Below, piece by piece: positions 39,817 to 51,836 of a stretch of DNA of 64,000 nt. Position numbers and translations under genes: made by a program. A model generated the notes under the pieces. The model was given only the letters and a program-made list of their open reading frames with translations, made no database searches and had not been told where the DNA came from. Origin of the DNA: Microbotryum violaceum (Eukaryota); contig CDLV01000007.1 in the NCBI GenBank assembly GCA_001244265.2, positions 496,001 to 560,000 of the forward strand, in the 5' to 3' direction. Every line of letters starts with the position of its first letter. The stretch's first letter is position 1.

Positions 39817-42800
39817 ATGGTCGAACCGATCCCGACGCGCGGTCCCATGAACCGGTGGTCTCGTTCTTGGGCGCGCCTCAACAACTGGTCCGTGTTGTCG
39901 GTCTTTGATCCGAAACGCCGCATGCCGCAACCGCGATCCGTGCTCGTCAATGTGCCCGTACCGTCCCATGCGACGATGATGGCACCCAAGGTCTCGGTGC
40001 CGTTCATGGCCAAGCTGAGCAAGGTCGAGCTCCCCGATGGCACGACCCAACTCACGAAGCGCAAGCGTGGCTTCGGCTCGAGGATCAGGCCTGCGCCCGG
40101 CTGGATCTTCGAATCGAACCAGGTGCTCACCTCAAAGTACAACGTCATCACCTTCCTGCCCCGCAACTTGGTCGAGCAGTTCCGTCGGATCGCCAACATC
40201 TTCTTCCTGGGTGAGTGTCGGCGGCCGTGTTCTCTGGCGCGGGATCTAGCATCCGGGATCTCGCTCTTGCTTTGGCTCCGGCTCGGCCTCGGGGGTCCAC
40301 GAGCCTGCGAGGCGGCCTGTCAGTGGGAGCGCGTCAGCACCCAACCACTCAAGGCCGAGGTCTGCGGGACGCAGATCACGACAGCTTGGGCGGTCAAAAT
40401 CGCTGCAGGGGCAATGCAAGGACGATGTGTTATGCGCTATCTACGGAGAACAGCATGCATGACCCCCAGCGCAGTGCGACTTGTGACTCGAAGCGAGCCT
40501 GGCGTCTGTCTCACTGCGCGGCGCTCAGCGTCTCAAGAGTTCACCTCCACTTGTGCTGGGCCTCGAGAGACGAAGGATCGCACCGCGGCTGCATCGAGAA
40601 CGCACAGCTGTCGGTCACCGGTTCGATGGCATGGACCCTTATTCACGAATATCTCACCCCTGAACTAACCCAAATATCTCTTGTTTCTCTCAGTCCTGGT
40701 CATTCTGCAATTTTTTCCCCGATTCACGACCGTGAATCCCGGACTATCGGCGCTCCCCTTGTTGGCCGTGCTCACCATCACCGCGCTCAAGGACGGCTAC
40801 GAGGATCTCAAGCGACACCAGAGTGATCGCTCCATCAACAACATCAAGGTACGTGCGCTTGCTCCGTTTTTACTCAACCTGTGCGAGATGACCTACTTGA
40901 GGACTGACCTCATGACCTACAGGTACTCGCGCTCCGAGGCACATTCCACAACCCCAATGCGACCCGAATCAAGTCGAGCACCTTCACCTTGCCCGCCTTT
41001 ATTCGCAACATCTTTGTCAAGCGATCCCTGATCCAGGAGGCTCGAGCTGCCGAGGAGGAGCGACAGGCCGAACGGAAAAAGGGCTTCTGGGGGAAACGCA
41101 AGATCCGCATGCCCAAGCAGAAGAAGGCCGTTAGCACGTCCGAAACCAACTCGATGCACGAGCAAGAATCGAGCGAGATTCCTCGGGACGCCCCTGGAGG
41201 AGGCAACGTGCAGAGTGCGAAGAAGAAGAGCGCCGCGCGTGAGGCACAAGCCCCGGAGCGACATGAGAGATTAGACGGCGATCACTACGCCGACGACGAG
41301 GATCTCGCCACCTCCCAGGTTCATGGCTCCGACGCGCCGCATTCGGGTTCCGAGCCTCACCACGAGGGCGCTCACCTTCCTCACCTCGGCGGCCACCACT
41401 ATTCGCACGCTGTCTGGGCCAAGGAATGCTGGGAGGATCTACGAGTCGGTGATTTTGTTCGCCTGAGGGGCGACGAGTCTGTGCCCGCTGGTGAGTGCGA
41501 TTGTTGGATCACGATTCGCTCGTTACAGCATGTTCAGAATCGAAAGCTGACCTCGTGTTCCGTAGACCTGGTCATTTGTGCCACATCGGAAGAGGAGAAT
41601 GTGTGCTACGTCGAGACCAAGAACTTGGACGGGGAGACCAACCTCAAATCGCGACACGCCGTTCCCGAGCTCACGCACCTGCGCACTTCGACTCTGATCG
41701 AAACCGAAGCCAGATTCACCATCAATGCCGAGGCGGCCGACGTCAACATGTTCAACTATAATGCCGCCGTCATTCTTGAGGATGGTCGGTTGGGCAAGGA
41801 CGGTAAGCCGCTTAGGTGCCCTGTCAACCTCAACACGGTCCTTCTGCGAGGTACAGTCGTGCGCAACACGGATTGGGTTATCGGCGTGGTTGTCATGTCG
41901 GGCCGCGACACCAAGATTGTGCTCAACTCGGGCGGAACACCTTCGAAGCGGAGCAAGGTCGAACGCTTAATGAACCCGATGGTCTTCATCAACTTGGCGC
42001 TGCTCGCGGCGATGTGCATCATGTGCGCCATTGTTGACCACTTCCTCGAAAAGGCGCAATACCCCGAGGGCGCGTACTGGCTCTACGGCGCTGACCGAGG
42101 CGACGACAACCCCAACATCAACGCCCTCATCACTTTTGCCAACGCTATGATTGCGTTCCAAAACATTGTGCCCATCTCGCTCTACATCTCGATCGAGTTC
42201 GTCCGGTTGCTCCAAGCGTTCTTCATCTACGCCGACAACGAAATCTGCTATCGCAACGGGACGACGAAGCGCAGGACGATCGCTCGCAGTTGGAACTTGT
42301 CCGACGATCTCGGTCAAATCGAATACGTTTTCAGTGATAAGACTGGCACGTTAACGCAGAATGCAATGATCTTCAAGCAATGCTCGGTCGCTGGCAAGGT
42401 CTACCGGGGCGATGGCCTGGCCCCAGCCGGCACTGTTGTACCTGACGTCAACCGAGATTCGTCGTCGTCTGGGGCACCCGCGTCCCACGTTGGCTCGGCC
42501 AGTGATGCTGAGAAGGGGGATGCTAGCTCTGGGCTGAGCAGCGAGGGTCATGACAAGAAGAACAGCAAACTTGCGGACACCGTTCTCGCGCCTTTCCACG
42601 ATGCCGAGATCGGGCCCGATCTAGCCGACCGTGACGCCGAAGCGTCCACAAACCTCTACGCCTTCTTCTCCAACCTTGCGCTCTGCCACACTGTGCTGGC
42701 TGCGGAGGAGGACGGGCTCATCTCGTACAAGGCGCAATCGCCCGACGAAGCCGCGCTGGTGCAAGCCGCGGCTGATGTCGGGTTCGTCTTCCTGGGCCGA

Positions 42801-45489
42801 GACAAGGACGTGCTTCGCATCCAAACTCCTCACGATGACGACGTCGTCGAGTACGTCCTGCTGAACGTGCTCGAGTTCACCTCGTCGCGCAAGCGTATGT
42901 CGGTCGTCGTTCGCCGCGTATCTGGGGGGCACGCCGGTCAGCTGTACCTCTTGTCCAAGGGAGCGGACAACGTCATCTTTGAGCGACTGGCGCCTGGTAG
43001 TGAGCAGCTCAAAATGGCGACCGACAAGCAACTCGAAGAGTTTGCCAACGAGGGCCTGCGCACGCTGTGCCTCGGCTACAAGGAGCTCGACGAGGACCAG
43101 TACGAGGCATGGGAGCGCGAATTCCACGAAGCGACGACGCTCATTGACGGCCGAGAGGATGCGATCGAAGCCGCATCAGAAAAAATTGAGACTAACCTCG
43201 TGCTCCTCGGCGCGACGGCGATTGAGGATCGACTGCAAGACGGTGTGCCCGAAGCCATCGCCGACCTCAAGCGAGCGGGCCTCAAGATCTGGGTCGCGAC
43301 TGGCGACAAGGTCGAGACGGCGATCGCGATCGGTAAGACGTGCAACTTGCTCTCGCGCGATATGAACGTCATCATCGTTCGAGGTGGCGAGTACAATATG
43401 CCGTCTTCGGCCTACAGTCAAATCCGCAACGCGCTCGAGAAGTTCTTTGACGTCGGCGACCTCGCCGACCGGGTCTACCCGCAGCCCCCTGATGCGGTTG
43501 AGAACCCGCCACGAGCCAGCGATCTTCCCGGCGGCCTCAAACGCATCAACACGCGCCAATCGGGGCTCACCGATATCGTGGGTGACGACAACGGGCAAAG
43601 GCCAGGAGGCTACGGTCTCGTCATCGATGGTGCCACGCTCCGACACGCCTTTGCAGAGCCTTACACGAAGCAGCTCATGCTCGAACTCGCGACCCGATGC
43701 CGCGCTGTCATTTGCTGCCGTACGTCTCCTCTGCAAAAAGCCCTGATCGTCCGCCTCGTGAAGGACGGGTTGGGAGCGATGTGCCTCGCAATTGGTGACG
43801 GTGCCAACGACGTCTCGATGATCCAGGCGGCAGACATTGGAGTCGGGGTCGCGGGTGAAGAAGGACTGCAAGCTGTCAACTCGTCCGACTATGCGATTGG
43901 CCAATTCCGCTACCTGCAGCGACTGCTCCTCGTCCACGGCCACTGGTCCTACATGCGCAACGCGAATATGATTGTCAACTTTTTCTACAAGGAAATCATC
44001 GGTATCGGAATCTTGTTTTGGTTCCAGTTCTATTGCGGCTACTCAGCAACGACCGTCTACGAATACACCTACTTGCTCTTCTGGAACGTCTTCTGGACGC
44101 TTTGTAAGTTTTTCGACTTCATCGTTCTCGCTATTCCTGCTTCTTCTGTCTGGACTCAACGCTGACCTCGCGATCTCACAGTCCCGGTGATTGCAATTGG
44201 GGTCTTCGACCGAAGTGTCAGTGACCGAGTACTCATGCAGGTGCCCGAGCTGTACGTCTATGGCCGCAAGGGTGCGTTGTTCGGCCTCAAGCGTTTCACC
44301 TTCTATATGCTCGATGGCATCTACCAGGTCAGTCTTACCTAACCACACCCCCAGCTTGTCTGCTAACCCACGCACGATTTTGCCCACAGTCCGCGGTCAT
44401 CTACTTCTTTCTGGCCTACGCGTATGACACGACAACGGCTCGCCGTGATGGGTACGACATCCAGATGTACGAGTTCTCGACCGTGATGGCGATCAGTGCC
44501 GTCATCGCCGCCAATTTGTACAACGGTCTCAACACGAAAGCCTGGACGTGGTGGGTCGCTTTTGGCGTCTTTCTCGGGCCGGTCCTCATCTTGCTCTACA
44601 CCGCCGTCTATTCGGCGTTCTCTCCGTCCTTTATTTGGAGCTACGTCTACGGCAACAACCAGTTCCTCTGGCCATCCGTCTACTACTGGCTGGGTTTGCT
44701 GTTTACCATCGTGCTCTCGCTCTTGCCCCGCTACTTGTACCGCTACTATAAGGAGAATTACTACCCGACCGACGTCGATATCCTTCAGTGGACCGATGTA
44801 CAAGAACCGAAGCAGTGAGTGCGGGGCTCATCTGAACTAGTGTGATGCATGGTCGACTGATTGCGCGGCTTGCCTCGTCCTCCTTCAGTGACTGGGTTAA
44901 TGACCCTTACATGCCGCAACGTCGCGGTGCCTCTGGGCCGGCTACAACGAGTGCCCACGACATCTACCAGCACGACAATGGCTCCGCTCACGCTGATGAC
45001 ACGCATCCCATCTTCGCTCCTGGGCGACCCAGCCTCAACGAAGAGCCTAACTCTTTCCCGCTGGGGCATCGTCTCAGCCGACAGAGCACGACGCATGACA
45101 TGTCGACGGGTCTGGTTTCGTCGGGTCAAGGCCGTGGTTTCAACTACGACGAGCAACCGCCGGCTCCGTTGTCAATTGCTCGATATACCTCGCGAACAAG
45201 CGATCATTCGTCGATACGAACGCGTCCGAGAAAGGGCAGTCTTCGTCTTGCCGGTGTCGAGCTCAACCCGTTCGCGCGGTCACCGAGTAGGACGAGGACC
45301 GGATCGGTCTTGAACCCCTCGAGGCTGTTTAGCGGAAGACGATCAGCCATTCCGGAAGGAAACGAGGTAACGACGCCGACACGGTCTTCCATCGCGCGGT
45401 CACCGCGACCGGGGCAGGGAGGAGAGTCGACCGCCGACTACCCCATGACCGGGGAAGGCACAATTGGGGGTGGATCACCGTCTACGTGA
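39817..45489 (+). CDS. P4-ATPase phospholipid flippase (Dnf1/Dnf2-like)
   Basis: [54 protein letters not shown]. Confidence 0.96.
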
Positions 45490-48259
45490 GAACGAGTTCA
45501 AAAGCTTGTCGCTCTACGCTAGTCCTTGTTTTGGTGTCGCTTGTACGACTAATATTTTATCAGCTTTCACTAGACGATATCATGCGTCCATCATTTCTGT
45601 TTGATCCTTTTCTGTTGCTCGTTTTCGCCGCTGTTTCGTTTGCTTTGTTCGGTTTCTGTTTCAGTTCCCTATAAAGACTCTAGATACCTGGATCTTCGGC
45701 TTCCTGGCTCCTGGCCTCCCACTCTGTCTCCTCACTCCGTAGCTTTGACGATTACACATGTTGCATTCGTTTCACTTGTTCGCATAACTCCTGCGAGAGA
45801 AAGGACCAGGTAATGATGGATATAAGATAGGTAGGTAGGTACCTACTAGTATGCGAGATATTCGAGGCTTGCTCGCCAGGAACGAAGACGTCGAGAAGGG
45901 ACCTCTGTCAATCGGTGTGGAACGCACCTGCAAGACAGTCAATCGGTGTTGGACGCATCTGCGAGACAGATCAGGCACAGCTCAACAAGAAGCGTGCGCC
46001 GTCACGTGCGCGACCAAGATTTGGCTGCGGATGCACACAACATCGTCGAGTCTGGAGACTCGAGAGGCGAGAGTCGAGTTCAACGTCAATCGGAAATGTT
46101 TACGATTTATTTATTTAGTAAGGGAATGCTTTACGTTCATGTATTATAGCTACGACTTGCTTTTAGCCGAGCCGTCAAGAGTGACGGATTGTGTGTTAGG
46201 CATATCAGAGGCGCATACCTTACATGGGCAAACTTGAGCTTGACTTGAACCGCCCAGCGACGTGGATCCGGAGTCTGACCTCTGATCACTATTTCCTGAG
46301 CAACAGCATCTTGCCGTGCGACCCACTCGGCACCTCGAAACTTGATTAAGTAGGGGGAGGAGTTTCAAAAGCATTGCACTTGGTTCGCCGGAGGCCGGGG
46401 ACCTTCGGAGTCCGCGGAGCAATTGCAGTGGCTTGGCTCGACTCTGACGTGGCCGCGCCACGCGCGTAGGCGTTGAATGAGAAGTCGCCACAGCATGGCA
46501 GAGTGGGCACACGGGCGTAGGACTCGACCAGCTCGACCCTCTCCGAAGGCCTAATTGATGGCTCACGTGATTATAACTCTCAGCGGAGCTCGACAACCCA
46601 CCTTAAGGTAGGTTGTAGGCGCCTACCACTTCGTGGCCTTGGAAAAATATACAATCTTATGGAAATCCGCCCGAGCTCAAGGGACCTACTTCATCCACTT
46701 ACAAAGCACTGCATCGCTTTGCCGTATCTCTGTGGCCCGCCGCGTCGAGAGAACTCCCCCAGAGACTTGCCATTCGAGTCGGCTCCGACGCTCTTCCGCT
46801 CGGATCTTGCTGTACAGCCGCCGCGGAACACCGACGGGCAAATGGGCAATTTGAATCCGTTGAACCCGATGCCGATTCTGGACCTTGTAGCAGCTCACCG
46901 ATCCGATAAAATCGTCGAGGCTCCTCCATCGCTTCACCTCTATAAAGTAAAGCACCCGACCAAGTAAAGTTGCGGGTTGTGCGAGAGGTAGGTAGAAATA
47001 ACAGCCACCTACTACCCTACGGAACTCTGCGAATGATAGCTGGGCCCAGATCGCTGTCACGAACCACTGTGGCTCGCTGTAGACGCCACTTGGTGGGTGT
47101 TGCACTCTGAGTGAACTTGGCACTGAAAATGCTCCCTGCAAACTGTTGGTGAAGCTAGCGCTCCCATTGCCTCCAAACAGAGGGCTCACGGCGGGCTGGC
47201 CGATGCCCTGTCTGTTTGGGACCCCTATTCGGCCGGTGAGACACCTAGCTCCGCTGCCCAAAACGTACGTGTATAACACAATTTGCTCAGAGTGGGTGTG
47301 TGATGACCGGGGCCGCCAGACAATAATACAGGCTGAGCACCGGTCGCGTCCAGCCGGATCTGCAGTGGCAAATATCATATTTTACTCTGTCGTATGAGGA
47401 TCGACCTACCGTTCCTCCTTGAACCTATTGCAATAAGCGAAGAAAAAAAAACGGACCTCCCGGCGGGAAGGGATGCCTGCTGCTGCGAGGTACGTGCAGG
47501 GCCCGGCCGGGTACAAGGGCTTTCTCCATGGGTATGTGTCCCATATCGAAACGCATCATTCATATCCTCGTTTTGAGTGCTCCATAAGAAAATTACGCCG
47601 TGGGCCATGGGTGCCCACTAAATCTAGGGGCTAAGCGTCACCATGTCACCACGCAGCGGCTGAAGCTGCGCAGTCCCCGAGAACTTCGCGTCGACTATCA
47701 TCACGATGTTTGCGGCTAGATTTGGTTACCGGTACAGTCAATGCAAAAACTTGATATGCTATAATGGAACCACTCAGTCTGAAGCCAGCAGTCTGTTCGA
47801 TTCTCACCTTCTGTGCAACCACCTTTATCGCTTGACCATTGCTCGGAGGCGATGGAAAGTTGCCTGGAGTTCATTGCAAGTGTAGGTGAAATATTCACGA
47901 GACAGAAACACTGTAGTATATCCTGCTCAATTCGTCGTTGGCTTCAACACCGGAAGGCATGATGTGGGGTGGGAATTATGACGCCGAGCGGTCTGCAGGT
48001 GCCAGTACTAACCGGACCGCCACACTGAGCGGGTCCTACCAGCCACGGGCGTCGTCCTCCTGCCGAGGCGGCTTGCTTACCCGGCCAGTGCGCTGATAGT
48101 AGGGTGTCCCGTCATCCACTCCCCGCTGCCTTTAACTCGAGTGACCCCAACAGGTCTGCTTGCTGCCTTCGATAGTAGAAGATGGTATCAGGCACCTTCA
48201 CCGGTCGCCAGCCATTGGTCCAACGAGTGCGAATGCAGTGACAATTCCACCTGAAGGTA

Positions 48260-51200
48260 TCAAGGGGTGCTCACCGGTCCGATGTCTAAGCTACGACCAT
48301 TTTTGATCTTGAGCGCGTGCAGTGCCGGAAGCAAGACCTGGGTCGGTAAGAACTTGAACTTCCCCTTCACCAGGTCGCCGAGCGTGTGCTGGCGGCGGAG
48401 TTGCACGCGCTCAATCGGAACGATCATCTTGTCGAGGTGTTCTTCAACGACTTGGATTGCGTCGAAGATCACCCCGCGTGCGGATGCGTAGATCGTGTCG
48501 AACGTCGCGGCATCCGGGACGATCTTGTGCGCGGCCCTGTACGAGGCACGGAGAGCGGCCTCGAGCCTGGGGTCTGCAGTGGCCGGGTGGGTCGCCCTGT
48601 CGCGTAGCAGAGGAACCAAGAGAATCGCCTCGACAATGCGCTTGAGTCTCTGGTTCCGAAAACTTGCTTCAGCCACCTTGAGCTCGTAGACTTGGTGGCG
48701 ACCCCCGGCGGTGGAGGTCACAAAGCCGGCCGAGGCGAACACGCGAAGGACCGCAGGTACCCGATTCTTCCACCCAAAGAGCCCGACGATCAGCATAACC
48801 ACACCGCCCTCTCACCAATCCTCCGAGTGAACGAGCTTCGGCAGGAAGACCCTGTGCCTCTTCGTCTCGATTGTTGCTCGTATGACGCTTGTCCAGGCCT
48901 GCGATGTGAGACAGGGGGGGAGGCGTGCGCAGTGCAGGGCACGCGTCAGGTCCACACGTCCACGTTCAACGGCAACGAGACCACGTCACGCATACTCACA
49001 TACGAAAAGCAAATGACGTCCTTACCACCCGAGACGCGACGAAAGAGGGCTTGCTCTTCTTCGTATGCGTCCGACCCGACAGACGCTTCATCGGGGAGCG
49101 TGAGAGGGTCGTCCAGCCGGGTGCGACCGTTCCCGCCCGTTCCGGCCCCTCCGTCCTCGCGCAGCAGGTAAAGCATGGACATGAACAACGCGCGCCAGCG
49201 GTTTTGGTTCAAGCCAAGCTCCTTCCACTGCGCGCGCGTCAAGAACCCGAGGCATCGACCGAGCGCATCGGCGACGACGCTCTCGATCTGACGGTGGGAG
49301 ATCGCCAGGAGGCGAAGGAATGGTTCCAGAGCCTGTAGGGCAGGCCTGGGACGTTCGGGGGTGTCAGAAGGGTGGGGAGGCATAGTGTCTGACTTTTTTT
49401 GTGTCGAGAGCACTTGTAGGCGAATGTTGATGGTCAGGAACCGACAGATGGGTGCGCGATTGGGTCCGTGTGCCCACCCCGCCCCAGCGCTGGCGCACCA
49501 TCTCCTGTCCGAAATTGATTTCGGACGCACACCTATGCGAGACGACAATCGCATCCACGCGCGAGTGGAAAAGACCTAAGATCTTGGCCCACGATCATGT
49601 CCATTCACGCAAGGTGCACTTGTGTAGTAGATCATTCCAGAGTATCGAACACTACGAGAGATCATGGCATGATCTCAATCACTACGAGGTATCATCGGAC
49701 CAGATCAACTCTTGAGCCATTTTGAGGGTCAAGCCGATCAAACTCGTGAAGGAGGTGAACCCCCGGAACCGCCGGCCGAAACGGGTCCGTTTCTCATTCT
49801 CTAGGCGCCCAGGGGTGATCTCGTAGAATACCTATCTCTGAGTGTAGTTTGCCCACCGTACGACCTGTATTCATGGAGTTTATTCATGTGAAGCTAACAA
49901 GTTCTACAATTCTGATCCAGAACGACACCTGGGAAACATCAGGAGGCTACCTTAAAGTGCGAGTGGCGACTCCTACCTACGAAAGAAGGCCGTCGATCCG
50001 AGTCGACGGCGCAAGAAAACCCCGAGAGCTGCGACGATGCATCGACCTTCTTTGTCTTTATACGGCTTTACCTATCAATCTCCATTGCTGCAATGCTGTA
50101 GCTGCGCGAATCGGATTCGTCGACAACCAAAGCCGCATCCGAGTCCACGTCCATCAGCTCGAGCGAGCTTGCTCGGTTCCGAGTTGCCGCCGGTGGTGCG
50201 CTTGCCTCAGCCTGACGTGCCGTCCTTGCCGGGGGTCTTCTAACCCGATGTGCGCCTTGCCTCAATCCTCCGGGCACCATGGGTTCTCGGACCAGATCGT
50301 CGAGCGTACCCGTCATTGTTGACATCCTGTAGATAACTCCGCCAGGAGATTTTCCGCCGCCGCCGCCGCTGCTGCCCGAGTCCGATTGCTTCGAGAACAG
50401 GGCACGTCCTTCGGCCGCCGTGGTCGCCTTGTTCCTTTCGATCGACTTTGAATTATTGGACTTGCGGGTCGAGACCATGCGGGCCGGCTGCTCGGCCTGA
50501 CGTCGTCGAGCCTTGGCGTGGTCACGTCGGAGTTCAGGATCTTGAACGGTCGAGAGACTCGAAAGAGAGGGCAGAGGTCCGGTGGAGGAGACCCCGGGTT
50601 GGTGGACGAGAGGGGGGTTGCGGCGAATCGGCGCATAGGCATATCGTGAGACTTTCGACGGGTCTTCATGTGGCGTTCCCTCGAATCGCACCCTGTACCC
50701 TTGCGAGACAGCGGTGATCGATGCCGTTGTCGCTTTTGCGAACCTCTCGTCCTTGTAGCGGTGCAGCAGATCTTGGATAGGATCGATCTCGTCGCAAAGG
50801 GACTTGACCTCCTTAATTCGTTTCTCCGTCGGCGCCGGCTCCGAGTCGACGTTCCTGATCAACGCCCGGAATCGCTGACGAGACTTCCACACCGCGGGGT
50901 GAGCGTCGCACCGCAAGGTCCACCAAGCTAATGTTTCGGTCCTTGCCCGATAGCACGGCACGACAACGGGCTTGGTCGACGCCGAGAAGCATGAAAAAGT
51001 CGCTGTCTGCGCTCACGAGGCCGACGCGGTTTGGTTCGAGCGCTACGTCGCAGATCTGGCCACACTTGGTCGACGCCGACGAGGGGATCGGCCTCGTGGG
51101 CCGCGACGACGAGCAAGCCTTGCTCGGACCAGCGAACAAAGGTGGCGACTCGGGTTGGCTCGTCACCGTGGCGAAAAGCGACCTTCCATTCTTTGCTCGA

Positions 51201-51755
51201 TTGTCCGTGAACGCACGCGGCGAGGGTGTCGTTCGTGATGAAGGGGATGGGGTGGGTGACAGGGGTCGATTTATCGGAAGGCTTTTGCAGTTTCTGGCGA
51301 TCTTGGCGATCGAGCACGGTGTCCTGCTTGAGCTTGGGCCGAAGGATGGGATGATCAAATACCACGACCACTTGGATCCGCCTTGCTGTCGCTGCAATGA
51401 TCTCCTCGAGGTGTCGAATGATCGCATTGAGGAACAGCCGGCCTCGCTTCGGCTCGTTGTGTTTTGCCCGGTCCGTCGCGGCTTTGCGCTGACGTGCGAA
51501 CGCGGTAGCGCCGTCGATGATGACGACTAAGTGTAGCACATTGATGGACAGCGTAGAGGTTCAGCTAGCGTCTGCTTGGTATATTGTCCCGGAGCAATTA
51601 CGGGCTGTGAAGGGGCTCTGAGGAAGCGACTTGCCATCAATTTTGCCGACGAGGGAAACCAGCGCGCTGCTCAGGTTGGTCTCCCGAGAGAGAACGGCGT
51701 CTGGAACGACCTCCAAAGCGTTACCGACGCAGTCGTGGCCGTGTTTGACCGTCAT
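48260..51755 (-). pseudogene. Decayed multi-exon gene with N-terminal FEN1/XPG-type PIN nuclease domain; candidate mobile-element gene
   Basis: MTVK start, intron 51527-51601, motifs VIIDG, VVVVFD, AHEAD and VSADSD. Frame changes near 51065 and 50910. A further spliced coding block lies at 48260-49332; whether it belongs to the same gene is inferred. Confidence 0.65.
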
Positions 51756-51793
51756 CGAGGTAGGTATGAACGGTGTAAGTGATGTAAGTGTGA

Positions 51794-51836
51794 GGCGCAA
51801 GGCGCAAGGTGCAGGGTGCAGGGTGCAGGGTGCAGG
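51794..51836. repeat. 7-bp tandem repeat (GGTGCAG/GGCGCAA) just upstream of the PIN gene
   Basis: Six consecutive units are visible. Confidence 0.8.

Noticed and set aside
43176-43943. Long antisense ORFs over the flippase, the kinase and other genes
   Set aside because: Shadow frames produced by GC-rich codon bias on the coding strand.
46150-46596. Minus-strand ORF with CPLC and CKVC as a TnpB/Fanzor zinc finger
   Set aside because: The Cys pairs are about 90 aa apart and no flanking RuvC-II (E..TS) or RuvC-III (D..AA.N) motif is present.
46686-47378. 230-aa minus-strand ORF as a continuation of the PIN gene
   Set aside because: It lies outside the flanking direct repeat and has no recognisable motif or splice link; unsupported without a homology search.
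48041-48110. HDV-like ribozyme
   Set aside because: Only a short stem-loop is present; the P1.1 GG and the J4/2 catalytic motif could not be placed.
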